In this document: positions 1 through 12,795 of the stretch, one piece after another
Layout of the letters: each line of letters starts with the position of its first letter
How positions within the stretch are numbered: position 1 is the first letter of the stretch
Program-made: the position numbers and the translations under genes
Notes under the pieces: generated by a model
The model's database searches: none
The model's input: only the letters and a program-made list of their open reading frames with translations
Told to the model about the DNA's origin: nothing
NCBI GenBank assembly: GCA_963749495.1
Contig: CAVVMW010000005.1
Span: 447,495-511,494, forward strand
Direction of reading: 5' to 3'
DNA: 64,000 bases
From: an uncultured bacterium
GTDB lineage: Bacteria; Verrucomicrobiota; Verrucomicrobiia; Limisphaerales; UBA8199

Positions 1-39
1 GAGGATGCGGAGATTTCTTTGAGTGATCCAGGCGTTCAC
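1..39 (-). CDS. 5' end of next gene, probably a response regulator (runs off window)
   Basis: GTG overlaps the TGA of the upstream kinase (GTGA); reads VNAWITQRNLRIL, resembling a REC start (RIL). Confidence 0.4.
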   Translation of the reverse strand, partial: MNAWITQRNLRIL

Positions 40-2044
40 GCCTTCCTTTCTTCAGGTCTGCACGGCAATTCAAGGACAAAGGTTGCGCCCCGGCCCGGCC
101 CGTCGCTATGGGCGCTCAGCGTCCCGCCCAATTCCTTGGCGGCCAGCGCCCCGTTGTGCAGGCCAAAGCCATGGCCTTCCTTGCGGGTAGTGAACCCAAG
201 CTCGAAAATCCGTGGCAGGTTCTCCGCGGAAATGCCGACGCCGTTGTCGATGACCGAGATCCTGACCCGGTTCCCCTTCGCCGCCTCGGTCCGGAGCACC
301 AGCCGTCTTTGGGCGCCGGCCGCCTCATCCAGAGCATATTTGGCATTGCGCAGCACGTTGACCAGGACTTGCAAGACCTTGTGCTTTTCCACGATGACGG
401 GCGGCAGTTGGGCATATTCGCGGACCACCTCGACCTGGTGGCGTTCGAAGCCCGCCGCGTTGAGGCGCAACGCGTCCTCCAGCATGTCGTTCACGGGCAA
501 CGACTCGATCACGCCGGCGACATGGGCGTACCTCTGCTGCATCGCCACAATCTCCTTGATGTGCTCGATATCCGCGGCCAACGACGCCAACTCCTTTAAG
601 ACCTCCTCGCGCTCGGTTTGCAGACGCGCAGCCAGGCCCGACAAATAGCCCGGCAGCAGCTTGGCCTTGGGATCCTCGGCAAAGAACCCGGGCAGGTTGC
701 CGGCATGGCTTTGGAGCAGCGCGGCGGTCTTGGCCAGGTTGCCCACCTTGGAGCTGCGCAGTTTATCCGCAACCAGCGCGCTGGAGATGACGACGCTGTT
801 GAGCACATTGCCCACGTTGTGCAGGACGCTGGTGGCGACCTCGGCCATGCCGGCCTGGCGCGCGGTCTCCAGGAGTTGGTAGTGCAGGGCTTTTAGCTCT
901 GCTTCCGCCTGCTTGCGCTCAGTGATGTCACGAACCACGCTGACGCCATACCTGCGGTCCAGCTCGATGAACCGGATATTCGCCTCGACGGGGAAGGTCG
1001 AACCATCTTTTCTCCGATGCTCAGCCTCGAAGATCGCATGGCCGGATTTCCGCAGTGCTTCATCAACCTGCTGATGAAACTTGGGCTGGCCAAGGGACGG
1101 ATCGATGTCAATGACTGTCATCGAGAGCATCTCCGCCCGGCTATATCCCAGGTTTTGCCAGGTCCGTTCGTTCACATCCAGGATGCGGAGCGTATCGGGG
1201 TCCACGACCAGGATGCTGTCGTTCGAGCGATCGATGAGCGTGCGGAACAGGAGCAATTCCTGCTGGCCGCGCGCGCGTTGAGTGATTTCGGCCGAGAGTT
1301 CCGCGGTGCGTTCCTGCACCCGCGCCTCCAAGTCCTTTTGGTTCTCCCGCAGGGCCTGCTGGGCTAGGGCCCGCTCCTGCCCGGCCTTGAGCAGGGCGCG
1401 GCGCCAGTTGCGAAACCGGCGCAAGACCACCCCCCAAATCCAGAGTGTCAACCCCAGTCCCCCCAGCGCGCCGAGGGTGCTAAGCCAGAGGCGCCGGACC
1501 TGAGCTTCTTGAGCGGCCGCAAGGCGGTTGGCTGCCAGGGCCAGGGACTCGGAAATCCCTTGTGCGAAGGCCCGCTCGGTCTCTCGATATTCCTCGGTGG
1601 AGAGGACGCGTTGCGCCTCGGCCAGGCGGCCCTGGCGCGCCAGATCGAGGGCCCGATGTTCCACCCGGATCGAGGCGCGGTTGGCCTCGTCGGTCCGTCT
1701 TGCCCCTAAGGCAGTCTCGGGCCGGCCTCCTGCCGCCGCGCCTCCTGGATTGCAGCATCCAACCGGGGCTCGGCCTGAAGGTAGCGTTCCTCCCACTTTG
1801 GGTCTCCGGTCGCGGCTGCGAGCAGGGCCGACATGTCCATGAGGTCGTTCAGGTGCCCGATGGCGCCACGCAATTCCACAAAGCGCAGATAATGCGCCTG
1901 GGTGGTGGTCACAAAGCGGCAAGCGCGCAACTCGCTCCACACCAGCAGCAGGCAAAGCCCGCCGGTAAGGAGCATCGCTGCCCCCATCCAACGCGACGGG
2001 AAGCGCAGGTCCACGCCCAAGACGCTGGTGCTTGGGTCGTTCAT
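36..2044 (-). CDS. Membrane PAS sensor histidine kinase (frameshift about 1715)
   Basis: ORF 1706..2044 gives TM + periplasmic N-terminus; ORF 36..1991 gives second TM, PAS, H-box VLHNVGNVLN and HATPase G-boxes. Confidence 0.85.
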
Positions 2045-2045
2045 T

Positions 2046-4213
<2,168 letters not shown>

Positions 4214-4217
<4 letters not shown>

Positions 4218-5512
4218 GCAGAAGAATTCGTGCGATGCATTACAGCGTGATTGCCCCTCACCCCGGCCCTCTCCCCCTCGGATGGGGAGAGGGAGAGGGC
4301 GCGGACGGCAGCGGGAACATCGGGCGCCAAATCGTCAAGGCATTGCCTCACCGTCCGGAGCAGGACGTCCGCCGGACACGGTTTGCGGAGAAAGCAAACG
4401 CCGGCATTGGGGACGAAGCCGGTTTCCTTGGTCAGCGCCTCCAGGTTATAGCCGCTCATGAAAATGACATCCAGCTCCGGCCTTTGCGCGCGCAACCGGC
4501 GCGCCAGGCCCTGGCCGTTCACCCCTCCGGGCAATACGATGTCGGTGAGCAACAGCGCAATTTCGTTTTGGCGCCGGCCCCAGACGCCCAGGGCGTCGCG
4601 GGCGCAAGCGGCTTCCCAAACCTTGTATCCGAAATTCTCCAGCACGCGTCGTGTAATCCCGCGGACCGGCAGTTCGTCCTCCACCAGCAGGATGGTTTCG
4701 TGGCCCCCCCGCAGGCCGGCTCCGGGGGCCGCGGCGGCCGGCGCCCTGGCCGGTGGCGGGATGACAGGCAGGACAATCCTGAATGTAGCGCCCTGGCCCA
4801 GGCGGCTGGACACCTCGACCCAGCCCCGGTGCTGCCTGACAATGCCATGCACGGTCGCCAGCCCAAGGCCGCTGCCCTTGTTCGGTTCCTTGGTTGTGAA
4901 GAAACGCTCGAAAATCCGCGAGAGATGTTCCGGCGCGATGCCGATGCCGGTGTCCCTCACGCTCAAACAGACAAACTCCCCCTCGCGGGCCTGGGGATTG
5001 GCTTGAGCGCGCGCAGCGTCCAGGCTCACCTTTTCCGTTTGGATGTGCAGTGTGCCGCCGCGCGGCATGGCGTCGCGCGCGTTCATGACCAGGTTCACCA
5101 GCACCTGCTCCAGCATGCCGGGGTCGCCTTGGACAAAGGGCAGGTCTTTGGCGTAATGACATTCCAAAATGATGTCCTCGCGGATAATCCGTTTGAGCAT
5201 TTTGGCCAGGTTGGCAACCAGGTCGTTGAGCGCCAGCGGGTGGGGCTGCACCGCCTCGCTGCGGCTGAAGAGGAGCAGTTGCCGGGTCAGGCCGGCGGCG
5301 CGGTCGGAGGCGCGGACGATCTGCTCGATATCAGTCCTCGCCTGGGTGTTGACGTGGCTGGCATCCATGAGCAGCAGTTCGGCGGTGCCGCGGATGACCG
5401 CCAGCAGATTGTTGAAGTCGTGCGCCACCCCGCCGGCGAGCAGGCCCACCGCCTCCAGCTTTTGGGCCTGGCGGAGTTGCGCCTCCAGTTGGCTGGGTGA
5501 TGGACTGTTCAT
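4214..5512 (-). CDS. Hybrid HisKA-HATPase-REC kinase lacking a sensor domain
   Basis: [21 protein letters not shown] starts within 15 aa of Met; C-terminal REC (ETILLVEDE). Confidence 0.9.
4254..4299. repeat. CCCTCACCCCGGCCCTCTCCC...GGGAGAGGG REP-like hairpin in the 3' tail of the kinase
   Basis: Palindrome ccctctcccc-ctcggat-ggggagaggg; related copy at about 28243-28279. Confidence 0.7.
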
Positions 5513-5973
5513 AAGGCCGGTTGCAGAGCGGCGGGGCGTTGCAGGAACGGCTCGTTGATGGCAGCCCAGAACGTGCCCGTGGCCTCCAAAACCGCGGCAA
5601 GGTGTTCGAAACCCAGTGGTTTGATCACATAAGCATTGGCGCCCAGTTCATAGCTCTGAAGCAGATCCGAGTTCTCGCCAGAAGAGGTGAGCATGACCAC
5701 CGGGATGGTCTTCAATCCGGGATCGGACTTGACCTGGCGCAGGACCTCGAATCCGTTGAGCCGCGGCATTTTGATGTCCAGGAGCACGACTGCCGGATGG
5801 CCGGGCGGCCGGCCGGCGAACCGGCCCCGCGCGCACAAATAATCGAGCGCCTCGACGCCGTCCCGCGCCACCACCACGCTGTCGGCGAGGTGGCAGTCCT
5901 CGAGCACCGAGAGGGTCAGCTCGACATCTTTGGCGTTGTCTTCAACCAGCAAAATGCGCCTGAGTGTGCCCAT
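5509..5973 (-). CDS. Single-domain response regulator (Rcp1-like)
   Basis: ILLVEDN...[11 protein letters not shown]...IPVVMLTSS...GANAYVIKP. Confidence 0.9.
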   Translation of the reverse strand: MGTLRRILLVEDNAKDVELTLSVLEDCHLADSVVVARDGVEALDYLCARGRFAGRPPGHPAVVLLDIKMPRLNGFEVLRQVKSDPGLKTIPVVMLTSSGENSDLLQSYELGANAYVIKPLGFEHLAAVLEATGTFWAAINEPFLQRPAALQPAL

Positions 5974-5978
5974 GAAAC

Positions 5979-7577
5979 TCAAAAGGGTTGAACGACTCGC
6001 AGGACCCATGCCAGGAGAACAACCGGCGGGAGAAGGCCCGGCGGCTCCGGCAGGAGCGATGCCCCGCCCGGGCCTGGTTGCGGGAGCGAGAAATAGAAGG
6101 TCGCTCCCTGGCCGGGCTTGCCTTCAGCCCAGGTCCGCCCGCCGTGGCGGGCAATCACGCGCCGGACGCTGGCCAGGCCGATGCCGGTGCCCTCGAATTC
6201 CTGGTCGGTGTGGAGCCGCTGAAAGACGCCAAAGAGCTTGTCCAAGTAGGTCATGTCGAAGCCGACGCCGTTGTCGCACACGAAAATGACCGTCTCGCCG
6301 GGGCTGCCCGGGCGCGAGCCGACCTGGATGCGGGCGGGGTCTCGAGGGCGGGTGTATTTAATGGCATTGGAGAGCAGATTGAGCATGACCTGGCGGAGCA
6401 TGGGCGGGTCGGCCTGCACCACGGGCAGCGGGCCTGTGGACCAAAGGACATTGCGGCCTTTGAGTTCGGGCTCCAGTTCGCGGATGACGTCCAGGACCAG
6501 GCGGTGGAGATCGACCGCCCCCCGCCTCAGTTCGGTGCGGCCCATCCTCGAGAAGACCAGCAGATCGTCGATCAGGCGCCCCATCTGGTCTGCCGCATCG
6601 GCAATCTGGTCCAGGTAGTGCCGGGCTTGGCCGGGGAGGGTGGGGCCGAGGGTTTTCTTGAGCCGGCCGACAAAGCCGCAGATGTGCCGGAGCGGGGCGC
6701 GCAGGTCGTGAGAGACGGAGTAGGAAAAGGCCTCCAGTTCGCAGTTGACGGCCTCAACCTGGGAGGTGCGGTCATGGACGCGTTTTTCGAGTTCCTCGTT
6801 GAGTTTGCAGAGCTCCGCCTCGGCCTGCTTGCGCCGGGTGATGTCAATGACGCCCGTCATCAAGTGGGATGTTTTGCCCTGCTTGTCCCGGCGCGAAACC
6901 ATCCCGACGTCCGCCCACACGATGGACCCGTCCTTATGGATGAATCTCTGCGTGAAACGGGCCGAGTCTCTTTCGCCGGCAAACAGTGAATCGATGAGCC
7001 TGGCGCTGGATTCAATGTCCTCCGGATGAGTGATCTCCCGCCAGGTGCGAATGGACAATTGGTCCTGGGAGTAGCCCAGGATCTCGCAGAGGGCTCTGTT
7101 GACCCGCATCTGCCCCGAAGGCAGAGTAATGGCCTTGCCGAACGGCGAATGGTCGAAGAAGTAGCGGAACCTCTCCTCGCTTTCGGCCAGGGCCCGTTGG
7201 GCGCGGTGGCGCTGGACGGCATACCGCAGCGCGCGCGTGAGCAACTCGGCGGACAGGCTGCTCTTGGCCAGGAAATCCTGGGCCCCGCGATGGACCGCCT
7301 CGAGGGCGGCCTCCTCGTCCCTCAGGCCGGTAAGGACAATGATGGGGAACCGGTCGGCAACCTGTTCCTGCGCCCGGGCCAGCGTCTCCAGCCCTTGCGA
7401 GTCGGGCAGACCCAGGTCCAGCAGCAGCACGTCCCAGGCCGCATCACGAAGCGCGGCCAGGGCCGCGCCCCATTCTCCCACCTCTCCCAACTCGAACGCG
7501 TGCCGCGGCGCCTCTCCGAGCATCTCACGGATGAGGCGGGCATCGGCGGGGCTGTCTTCGACAAGCAGAACTCTCAT
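5979..7577 (-). CDS. REC-PAS-HisKA-HATPase kinase
   Basis: Real start MRVLLVEDS at 7577 (ATGA overlap with upstream stop); FSYSVSHDLRAPLR H-box; FEGTGIGLA. Confidence 0.9.
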   Translation of the reverse strand: MRVLLVEDSPADARLIREMLGEAPRHAFELGEVGEWGAALAALRDAAWDVLLLDLGLPDSQGLETLARAQEQVADRFPIIVLTGLRDEEAALEAVHRGAQDFLAKSSLSAELLTRALRYAVQRHRAQRALAESEERFRYFFDHSPFGKAITLPSGQMRVNRALCEILGYSQDQLSIRTWREITHPEDIESSARLIDSLFAGERDSARFTQRFIHKDGSIVWADVGMVSRRDKQGKTSHLMTGVIDITRRKQAEAELCKLNEELEKRVHDRTSQVEAVNCELEAFSYSVSHDLRAPLRHICGFVGRLKKTLGPTLPGQARHYLDQIADAADQMGRLIDDLLVFSRMGRTELRRGAVDLHRLVLDVIRELEPELKGRNVLWSTGPLPVVQADPPMLRQVMLNLLSNAIKYTRPRDPARIQVGSRPGSPGETVIFVCDNGVGFDMTYLDKLFGVFQRLHTDQEFEGTGIGLASVRRVIARHGGRTWAEGKPGQGATFYFSLPQPGPGGASLLPEPPGLLPPVVLLAWVLRVVQPF

Positions 7578-8041
7578 CGCGCGAGGGGGGTCTTGCCGTT
7601 GGGCGGGAAGGTCACCACGCCCAGCCAGAAGTCCTCGAGGGCGCGAATGACGCGCAGGAACTCTTGCAGGCCGACCGGCTTGGTCACGTAAGCGTTTGCG
7701 CAAAGGTTGTAGGAGCGGATGATGTCCTCCTCGGCCGTCGAGGTGGTGAGCACGACGACGGGAATGCGCTTGAGCTCGTCGTCCTTCTTGATTTCGGCGA
7801 GCACCTCGCGCCCGTCTTTGCGCGGCAGGTTCAGGTCGAGCAGAATTAAATCCGGTTTGGGCGATCGCGCGTGCTTTCCTTCGTGGCGAAGGCAAGCCAT
7901 CGCTTCGATGCCATCCCCGACCACCTGCAACGTCTTGACTGCCTTGCCGTCTTTGAGGGCTTCGCGGGTCAAACGCACGTCGGCGGGGCTGTCTTCCACG
8001 AGCAGGATGATGATGGGACGAACTCTGGTCTCGATGCTCAT
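7574..8041 (-). CDS. Single-domain response regulator (Rcp1/GvrC-like)
   Basis: Start MSIETRVRPIIILLVEDS at 8041; PDLILLDLNLPRKDGREVL. Confidence 0.9.
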   Translation of the reverse strand: MSIETRVRPIIILLVEDSPADVRLTREALKDGKAVKTLQVVGDGIEAMACLRHEGKHARSPKPDLILLDLNLPRKDGREVLAEIKKDDELKRIPVVVLTTSTAEEDIIRSYNLCANAYVTKPVGLQEFLRVIRALEDFWLGVVTFPPNGKTPLAR

Positions 8042-9225
8042 ACGGGGGACGGGGTAATGGCTGGAAGGGTGAAATGGAAAGTGGAACCCTGGCCGAGGGC
8101 CGATTCGACCCAGATGCGGCCGCCATGGCGCTCGACGCTCTTTTTGCACACGGCGAGCCCGATGCCGGTGCCGCCGTATTTGTCCTGGCTGTGGAGCCGC
8201 TGGAAGATGACAAATAGCCGGCCGAAGAACTGCGGATCGATGCCGATGCCGTTGTCGCGGAAGCTCAGGGTCCACTCGCCATTTTGCAGTGCCGCCGAAA
8301 TATGGATGCGCGGCGGCTCGCCGTCGCGGCGGAACTTGACGGCATTGCCGAGCAGGTTCTGGAAAAGCTGGACGAGCTGTGCCATGTCGCCCTGGACCGT
8401 GGGGAGCGGGTCGTGAGCAATCGTTGCGCCGCTCTCGGCTATAGCGGCTTCGAGATTGGACCGCGCAGACGCGAGCACCTGCTCGCACGCCACCGGCCCA
8501 AACGGCGTGACCCGGGTGCCCACGCGGGAGTAAGTGAGCAAATCGTCGATGAGCTTCTGCATCCGGTTTGCCCCGTCCACGATAAACCCGATGAAGTCGT
8601 CGGCATCGGCATCCAGTTTCCCGGCATACCGTTTGGCCAGCAATTCGGAAAAGTTGGCGATTCCACGCAGCGGTTCCTGCAGGTCGTGCGAAGCCACATA
8701 GGCGAAATGCTCCAGGTCCTTGTTGGAGCGGCCCAGCTCCGCGAGGCTTTGTTTGAGCGCCGCCTCCGCCGGCGTGCGCGCGCCGATGTCCCGAGCGGCC
8801 GCGAAGACCCCGACCACCTGGCCTGTTCCATCCCGATAGACGGTCGCGTTGCATAACACCGAAGTGATCCGCCCGTCCCGGTGCCGCAACCCCAATGGGT
8901 AATCCCGCACCGACCCTTCCCGGAAGACCTGCTGATAGCCCGACCGGGCGGCGGCGGGCTCGGTGAAATAGTCCGAGAAATCTGTCCCGATTAACTGCTT
9001 GCGGGAGAATCCCGTCGCGGCCTCGGTTGCTGCGTTCACGTCGGTGATTTTGCCGTCCGGCCCGATGGTCACCAGCGGATCCAAGCTGGCTTCAATCAGG
9101 CTGCGGTTATAGGCGCTGGAATCTATGAACCGCCGGGATTGTTGGTGGGCGAGGCGCAGCGCCTCTGCGGCCCGCTTCCTCCGGGCAGACAGGTCTGGAA
9201 ACCACTTCATGGCGAACAGGTTCAT
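8038..9225 (-). CDS. Cytoplasmic PAS histidine kinase (GvrB-like position)
   Basis: YNRSLIEASLDPLVTI PAS; FAYVASHDLQEPLR H-box; directly downstream of gvpJ. Confidence 0.88.
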   Translation of the reverse strand: MNLFAMKWFPDLSARRKRAAEALRLAHQQSRRFIDSSAYNRSLIEASLDPLVTIGPDGKITDVNAATEAATGFSRKQLIGTDFSDYFTEPAAARSGYQQVFREGSVRDYPLGLRHRDGRITSVLCNATVYRDGTGQVVGVFAAARDIGARTPAEAALKQSLAELGRSNKDLEHFAYVASHDLQEPLRGIANFSELLAKRYAGKLDADADDFIGFIVDGANRMQKLIDDLLTYSRVGTRVTPFGPVACEQVLASARSNLEAAIAESGATIAHDPLPTVQGDMAQLVQLFQNLLGNAVKFRRDGEPPRIHISAALQNGEWTLSFRDNGIGIDPQFFGRLFVIFQRLHSQDKYGGTGIGLAVCKKSVERHGGRIWVESALGQGSTFHFTLPAITPSPV

Positions 9226-9291
9226 CAGCGCCTCGTGCGCGATTGTATGGCTGCAAGGCCGGAGCGCATAGTCACGGAAACACCCGCGCGA

Positions 9292-9624
9292 TCAGGGCGC
9301 ACTGGATCCTCCGACCGGTGCGGTCGCGGGCACCGCCGCCTCCATTCGAGCCAGCCGCTGTTCGAGCTTGAGGACGGAGTCCGAGAGTTGGTCTTGCTGG
9401 TGACGGGAGAAAGCAGGGTGGTTGACCCACCAATCCACGCCAATCTCCTTGGCCTTGTCCACGGAACAGACCAGCAATCGAATCTGAATGGTTAGCAGTT
9501 CGATATCGACCAGCTTCACCTTGATGTCGCCGGCAATGACGATGCCTTTGTCCAGGATGCGTTCGAGCAGATCGGCGAGCGTCGCGCCGTTGGTCGCGTG
9601 TTGGATGTGCGATTGCGGGGTCAT
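9292..9624 (-). CDS. gvpJ: Gas vesicle protein GvpJ (GvpA family)
   Basis: [20 protein letters not shown]...RLLVCSVDKAKEIGVDWW. Confidence 0.9.
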   Translation of the reverse strand: MTPQSHIQHATNGATLADLLERILDKGIVIAGDIKVKLVDIELLTIQIRLLVCSVDKAKEIGVDWWVNHPAFSRHQQDQLSDSVLKLEQRLARMEAAVPATAPVGGSSAP

Positions 9625-9628
9625 CGTG

Positions 9629-10204
9629 TCACAAGAGTCTGCCCAGCGGGCCCAGGTCGAGATTCAGGTCGTCCAGCTCCAGGCCCAGGTCTTTGGCCAT
9701 GCGCTCGATCTCCTGCGCCTGCCGCATCAGAGTGACTCCGAGCCTTTCCATTTCGGCGATGCTCAGCGAACCGGCTTCCATGCGGCGCACAGCCTGGCGC
9801 TTCAGGAGTTCGTGCAGCAATCTGATCAGCGCCAGGACGAGTTGGCCCAGCCCGTTTTTCTCCGGGGCAGCGCCGGCGCGGACGCATCCCGACAGTGCCC
9901 CCACCGCCCGGGGCCGGACCGGAGTGCGCCCGTCCTCGGGCGCAGCGGCGTCCGCAGCCAGCGCAGTGGTCGAGTACCTGCGGCGCGCCTGCCCGCGCCG
10001 TCGCCGCTGCGCCCGGGGACGCGCGCACGCCGGGGGGAGCCTCCACGATTTCGGAATGGTGCATTGGGACCATGAACCGGGTTGGCATGCCTGCCGCGCT
10101 TGCGTTTTGGACTGCGGCAGTCCTCTGCCGCTTTTTGGACCCTGGGGACGCGAAAGCGGCAGAGGACTGCCGCAGTCCAAAACCTTCGGAATTCGGCGGT
10201 TCAT
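9629..10204 (-). CDS. gvpK: Gas vesicle protein GvpK with about 108-aa repeat-derived N-terminal extension
   Basis: C-terminus GLGQLVLALIRLLHELLKRQAVRRME...DLNLDLGPLGRLL; ATG at 10204 lies inside a nested MITE and overlaps the upstream TGA. Confidence 0.8.
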   Translation of the reverse strand: MNRRIPKVLDCGSPLPLSRPQGPKSGRGLPQSKTQARQACQPGSWSQCTIPKSWRLPPACARPRAQRRRRGQARRRYSTTALAADAAAPEDGRTPVRPRAVGALSGCVRAGAAPEKNGLGQLVLALIRLLHELLKRQAVRRMEAGSLSIAEMERLGVTLMRQAQEIERMAKDLGLELDDLNLDLGPLGRLL

Positions 10205-10340
10205 GGAGAGTGCGCCCGTCCTCGGGCGCAGCGGCGTCCGCAGCCAGCGCAGTGGTCGAGTACCTGCGGCGCGCCTGCCCGCGCCGTCGCCGCTGCGCCC
10301 GGGGACGGGCGCACTCCGGGGGTAGTGTCGGGATACGCCC
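9880..10340. mobile_element. Nested composite MITE: GGGCGCAT-type shell, duplicated REP (offset 286 bp), and inner CCATGAACC-type element with GGACTGCGGCAGTCC palindromes
   Basis: TIRs ggacgcatcccgacagtgcc / ggtagtgtcgggatacgccc; flanks cgccggcgc / cgccggcgg; about 110-bp direct repeats starting 9922 and 10208. Confidence 0.85.
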
Positions 10341-10596
10341 CGCCGGCGGCGCCCCACTGCGGCTGCGCGCCACCGCGCAGCACGCGTCCGGGCTTGGGCC
10401 GCTCATCGCCCGCGCCACCCGGCTCCTGCCCCGTCTCGATGGAGCTGATGACCAATTGCAGGCCGAGGTAGAGCAGGTCGATGTCGGCTACCGAGATGGT
10501 CACTTCGCCCAGGGCCACGACGCCGGTGTGGAGCACTCGGTCTAGCGCGTCGCACAAGGACACCGGCCGTTGGTGTTGAAGCCCGAGGTCACGCAT
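10201..10596 (-). CDS. GvpJ/GvpS-type (GvpA family) protein, C-terminus MITE-derived
   Basis: VSLCDALDRVLHTGVVALGEVTISVADIDLLYLGLQLVISSIET. Confidence 0.85.
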   Translation of the reverse strand: MRDLGLQHQRPVSLCDALDRVLHTGVVALGEVTISVADIDLLYLGLQLVISSIETGQEPGGAGDERPKPGRVLRGGAQPQWGAAGGAYPDTTPGVRPSPGAAATARAGAPQVLDHCAGCGRRCARGRAHSP

Positions 10597-12539
10597 AATT
10601 CAAGCACATGCCGGCCGGAGCTTCGAAGAGCGCATGAGCCAGAGCGCGCAGCGCATCCAAGCCACGAGGTTCTCCGCTCCGGCAGACCAGGACTTGGGAG
10701 ACGCAGGGGAAGGTCTTGCGGAATGCTTCCAGCACAACCGATTCCCGCTGGCGCAACGCCGCGCAGAGGGGACAGGCGCTCGGGGGAGTCACGAGGTTGA
10801 GAAAGAGAGTTGGCACAGGGATCTTCATCCTTTGGCAAGCCGCCATCAAGTCTCTGGTTTCTTCGAAAGCCATGACCGTCGGGATGGTGACGGCATGGAG
10901 TGCGCACCGGCTCGAGTCGGTCAGCAGGGTTCGCCAGTGTTTCAGTTGCTTGGACACCTCGACCAGTCGTTGTGCAACCCGGGGCAGCCGGAAGATTTGC
11001 CGGTATTTAAGGAACAGGCTAAAGAAGACTTTCAGCCAGCAATCGATCAGGTCCGGCATTTCCAGCAAACGGATGAGATGTCCGGTCGGTGCGCAGTCGA
11101 GCACCAAGGTCTGGTAACCATCCTGTTGGAGAAACTCCATGGCTTGCGTCAGGGCGATGACTTCGTCCAAGCCCGGGGGAGCAAGGTCCAGGAGTCTCTC
11201 CATGGCCTCTCGGTCAAAGGCCAGGTCCAGGCCGGCCAAAATGGACTGAAGGAACGATTTGAGTTCCTCCGCATAAAGCCGCTTGAGGGCGTTGAATTGG
11301 GCTGCGGCATCAATCTCCAAAGCGGCAAGGCCCGGGCAGACCGGCGTCGGCGCAGGGCCAACGGGTTTTTTCAGGCAGGCGGAGAGCGAATGGGCAGGGT
11401 CGGTGGAAAACAAGAGCACTTCACGGCCGGGATATTCCTGGGCCAAATGCAGGCTGGTGGCACAAGCCAAGGTGGTCTTGCCCACACCCCCTTTGCCGGC
11501 GAAAAGCAACAGAGTGGGGGTGATCGAGGGCAGTTCCGCACCCCCTTGGACGCAAGCCGGCGCGGTGTTGGCCGGCGCTTGGGAAGGGGTGCGAACCCCA
11601 GTGAGGCGGGTGACCCCTGCCCAAAACGCCCGCAGTTGCTCGGTTCCTCTGACTTCCTCACGGAAAAGCGGCACTCCCCACACGGCACGGCCGGTGAATT
11701 TGGGGTCTTGGAAAACCTTCCTCAAGGTCAGCGCCTGGAGGGCCCGTCCCTCACCACAGACCCGGCATCGGTTCTCAGGGTAGAGCCGGTTGATCACGAT
11801 GTCAGTCACGGCAACTTCCATGCGTTTGAGTTCAGCCAGCACGCTGCACGTCTCCCGGTAACTGATCTCCTCAGCCAGCATGACCGGCACGAACCGGCAG
11901 CGCGCGGCATCCCGGAGCAGGGATTCCAGGCGGTGGTTTGCAGCCGCCAGATCGACCAGGAACTGCTCGATCTCGTCGAGTTGCTCGGAGCCGGTGTAAA
12001 GTTTCTTCAGATAACGGTGCTTGGAGAGCAAGGCGTGCAAGGTGCCGATCCATTTGCGGAGCAATGCAGGCATCGCCAGCAGGCGGAGCGTGTGGCCGGC
12101 GGGCGCGGTATCCACCAGGATGCACTGATGGGGGCTGGCTTCGATCCAGTGGGCGATTTCCAGCGCGGCCATCAACTCGTCGAGACCCGGCAGAGAAAGA
12201 TCGACCAAGCTCTTGATGTCTTGCTGATCGAAAAATGTCCCGCGTGCGGCGATTTCCTGGAGCTTCGGGCTGTGTTGGCGCTTGAAGGCAGCCAGGCATT
12301 CCTGGGCGTCCAACTCGGTGACCTCCAGGTTCGGCGGCGGGGCGCAGCCCGCCAGGCAGTCCATCACCGAGTGGGCCGGATCCGTCGAGACCAGGAGATA
12401 AGCCCGGCCGGGAGAGTCCCGGGCCAGTTTCAGCGCGGCCGCGGTGGCGCAGGAAGTTTTCCCCACGCCACCCTTGCCGCCGAAGAGGCAAGAGTCTGAG
12501 TCCCGGGTCCGCCAGAAAGGATGGCACGGGCGCGCTCAT
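10589..12539 (-). CDS. Tandem ArsA/GET3-family ATPase (gas-vesicle associated, GvpW-like); frameshift about 12490
   Basis: Two GKGGVGKT P-loops, STDPAHS and DTAPxGH motifs; N-terminus MSAPVPSFLADPGLRLL is in a shifted frame. Confidence 0.88.
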
Positions 12540-12540
12540 G

Positions 12541-12795
12541 TCACTTTCCTTCCTCATCCCGGCGGCTCTCTGCCTCCTGGAGGCGGTCCAACTGGTCGAG
12601 CAGCACCTTCTCGCGCGCATCGAATTCCACCTCGGTCAGCCGCCCGGTCTCCAGCATCATGTAAAGCTCGCTCAACTGGGCGGTGATCCGAGCCGGTTCA
12701 GCCGCCCGCTCCTGTTTGATGGCATTGTGGACCTGGCGGGCGGCCCAAATCGTCCCGTAGATTGGGGAGAGCAGGAGTGTGTCAATGAAGAGCAT
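12541..12795 (-). CDS. gvpG: Gas vesicle protein GvpG
   Basis: LLLSPIYGTIWAARQV...LSELYMMLETGRLTEVEFDAREKVLLDQL. Confidence 0.9.
   Translation of the reverse strand: MLFIDTLLLSPIYGTIWAARQVHNAIKQERAAEPARITAQLSELYMMLETGRLTEVEFDAREKVLLDQLDRLQEAESRRDEEGK

Noticed and set aside
5979..8854. 744-aa and 426-aa ORFs as called in the track
   Set aside because: Upstream extensions overlap other real genes; true starts are 7577 and 8041
9922..10320. Direct repeats as a CRISPR array
   Set aside because: Only two copies of about 110 bp, explained by nested MITEs; no spacers and no cas genes in the window
10589..12539. ArsA plus the ArsR fragment as an arsenic resistance system
   Set aside because: No arsB/acr3, arsC or arsD; the ATPase is embedded between gvpG and gvpJ, and the ArsR fragment is 15 kb away and degenerate
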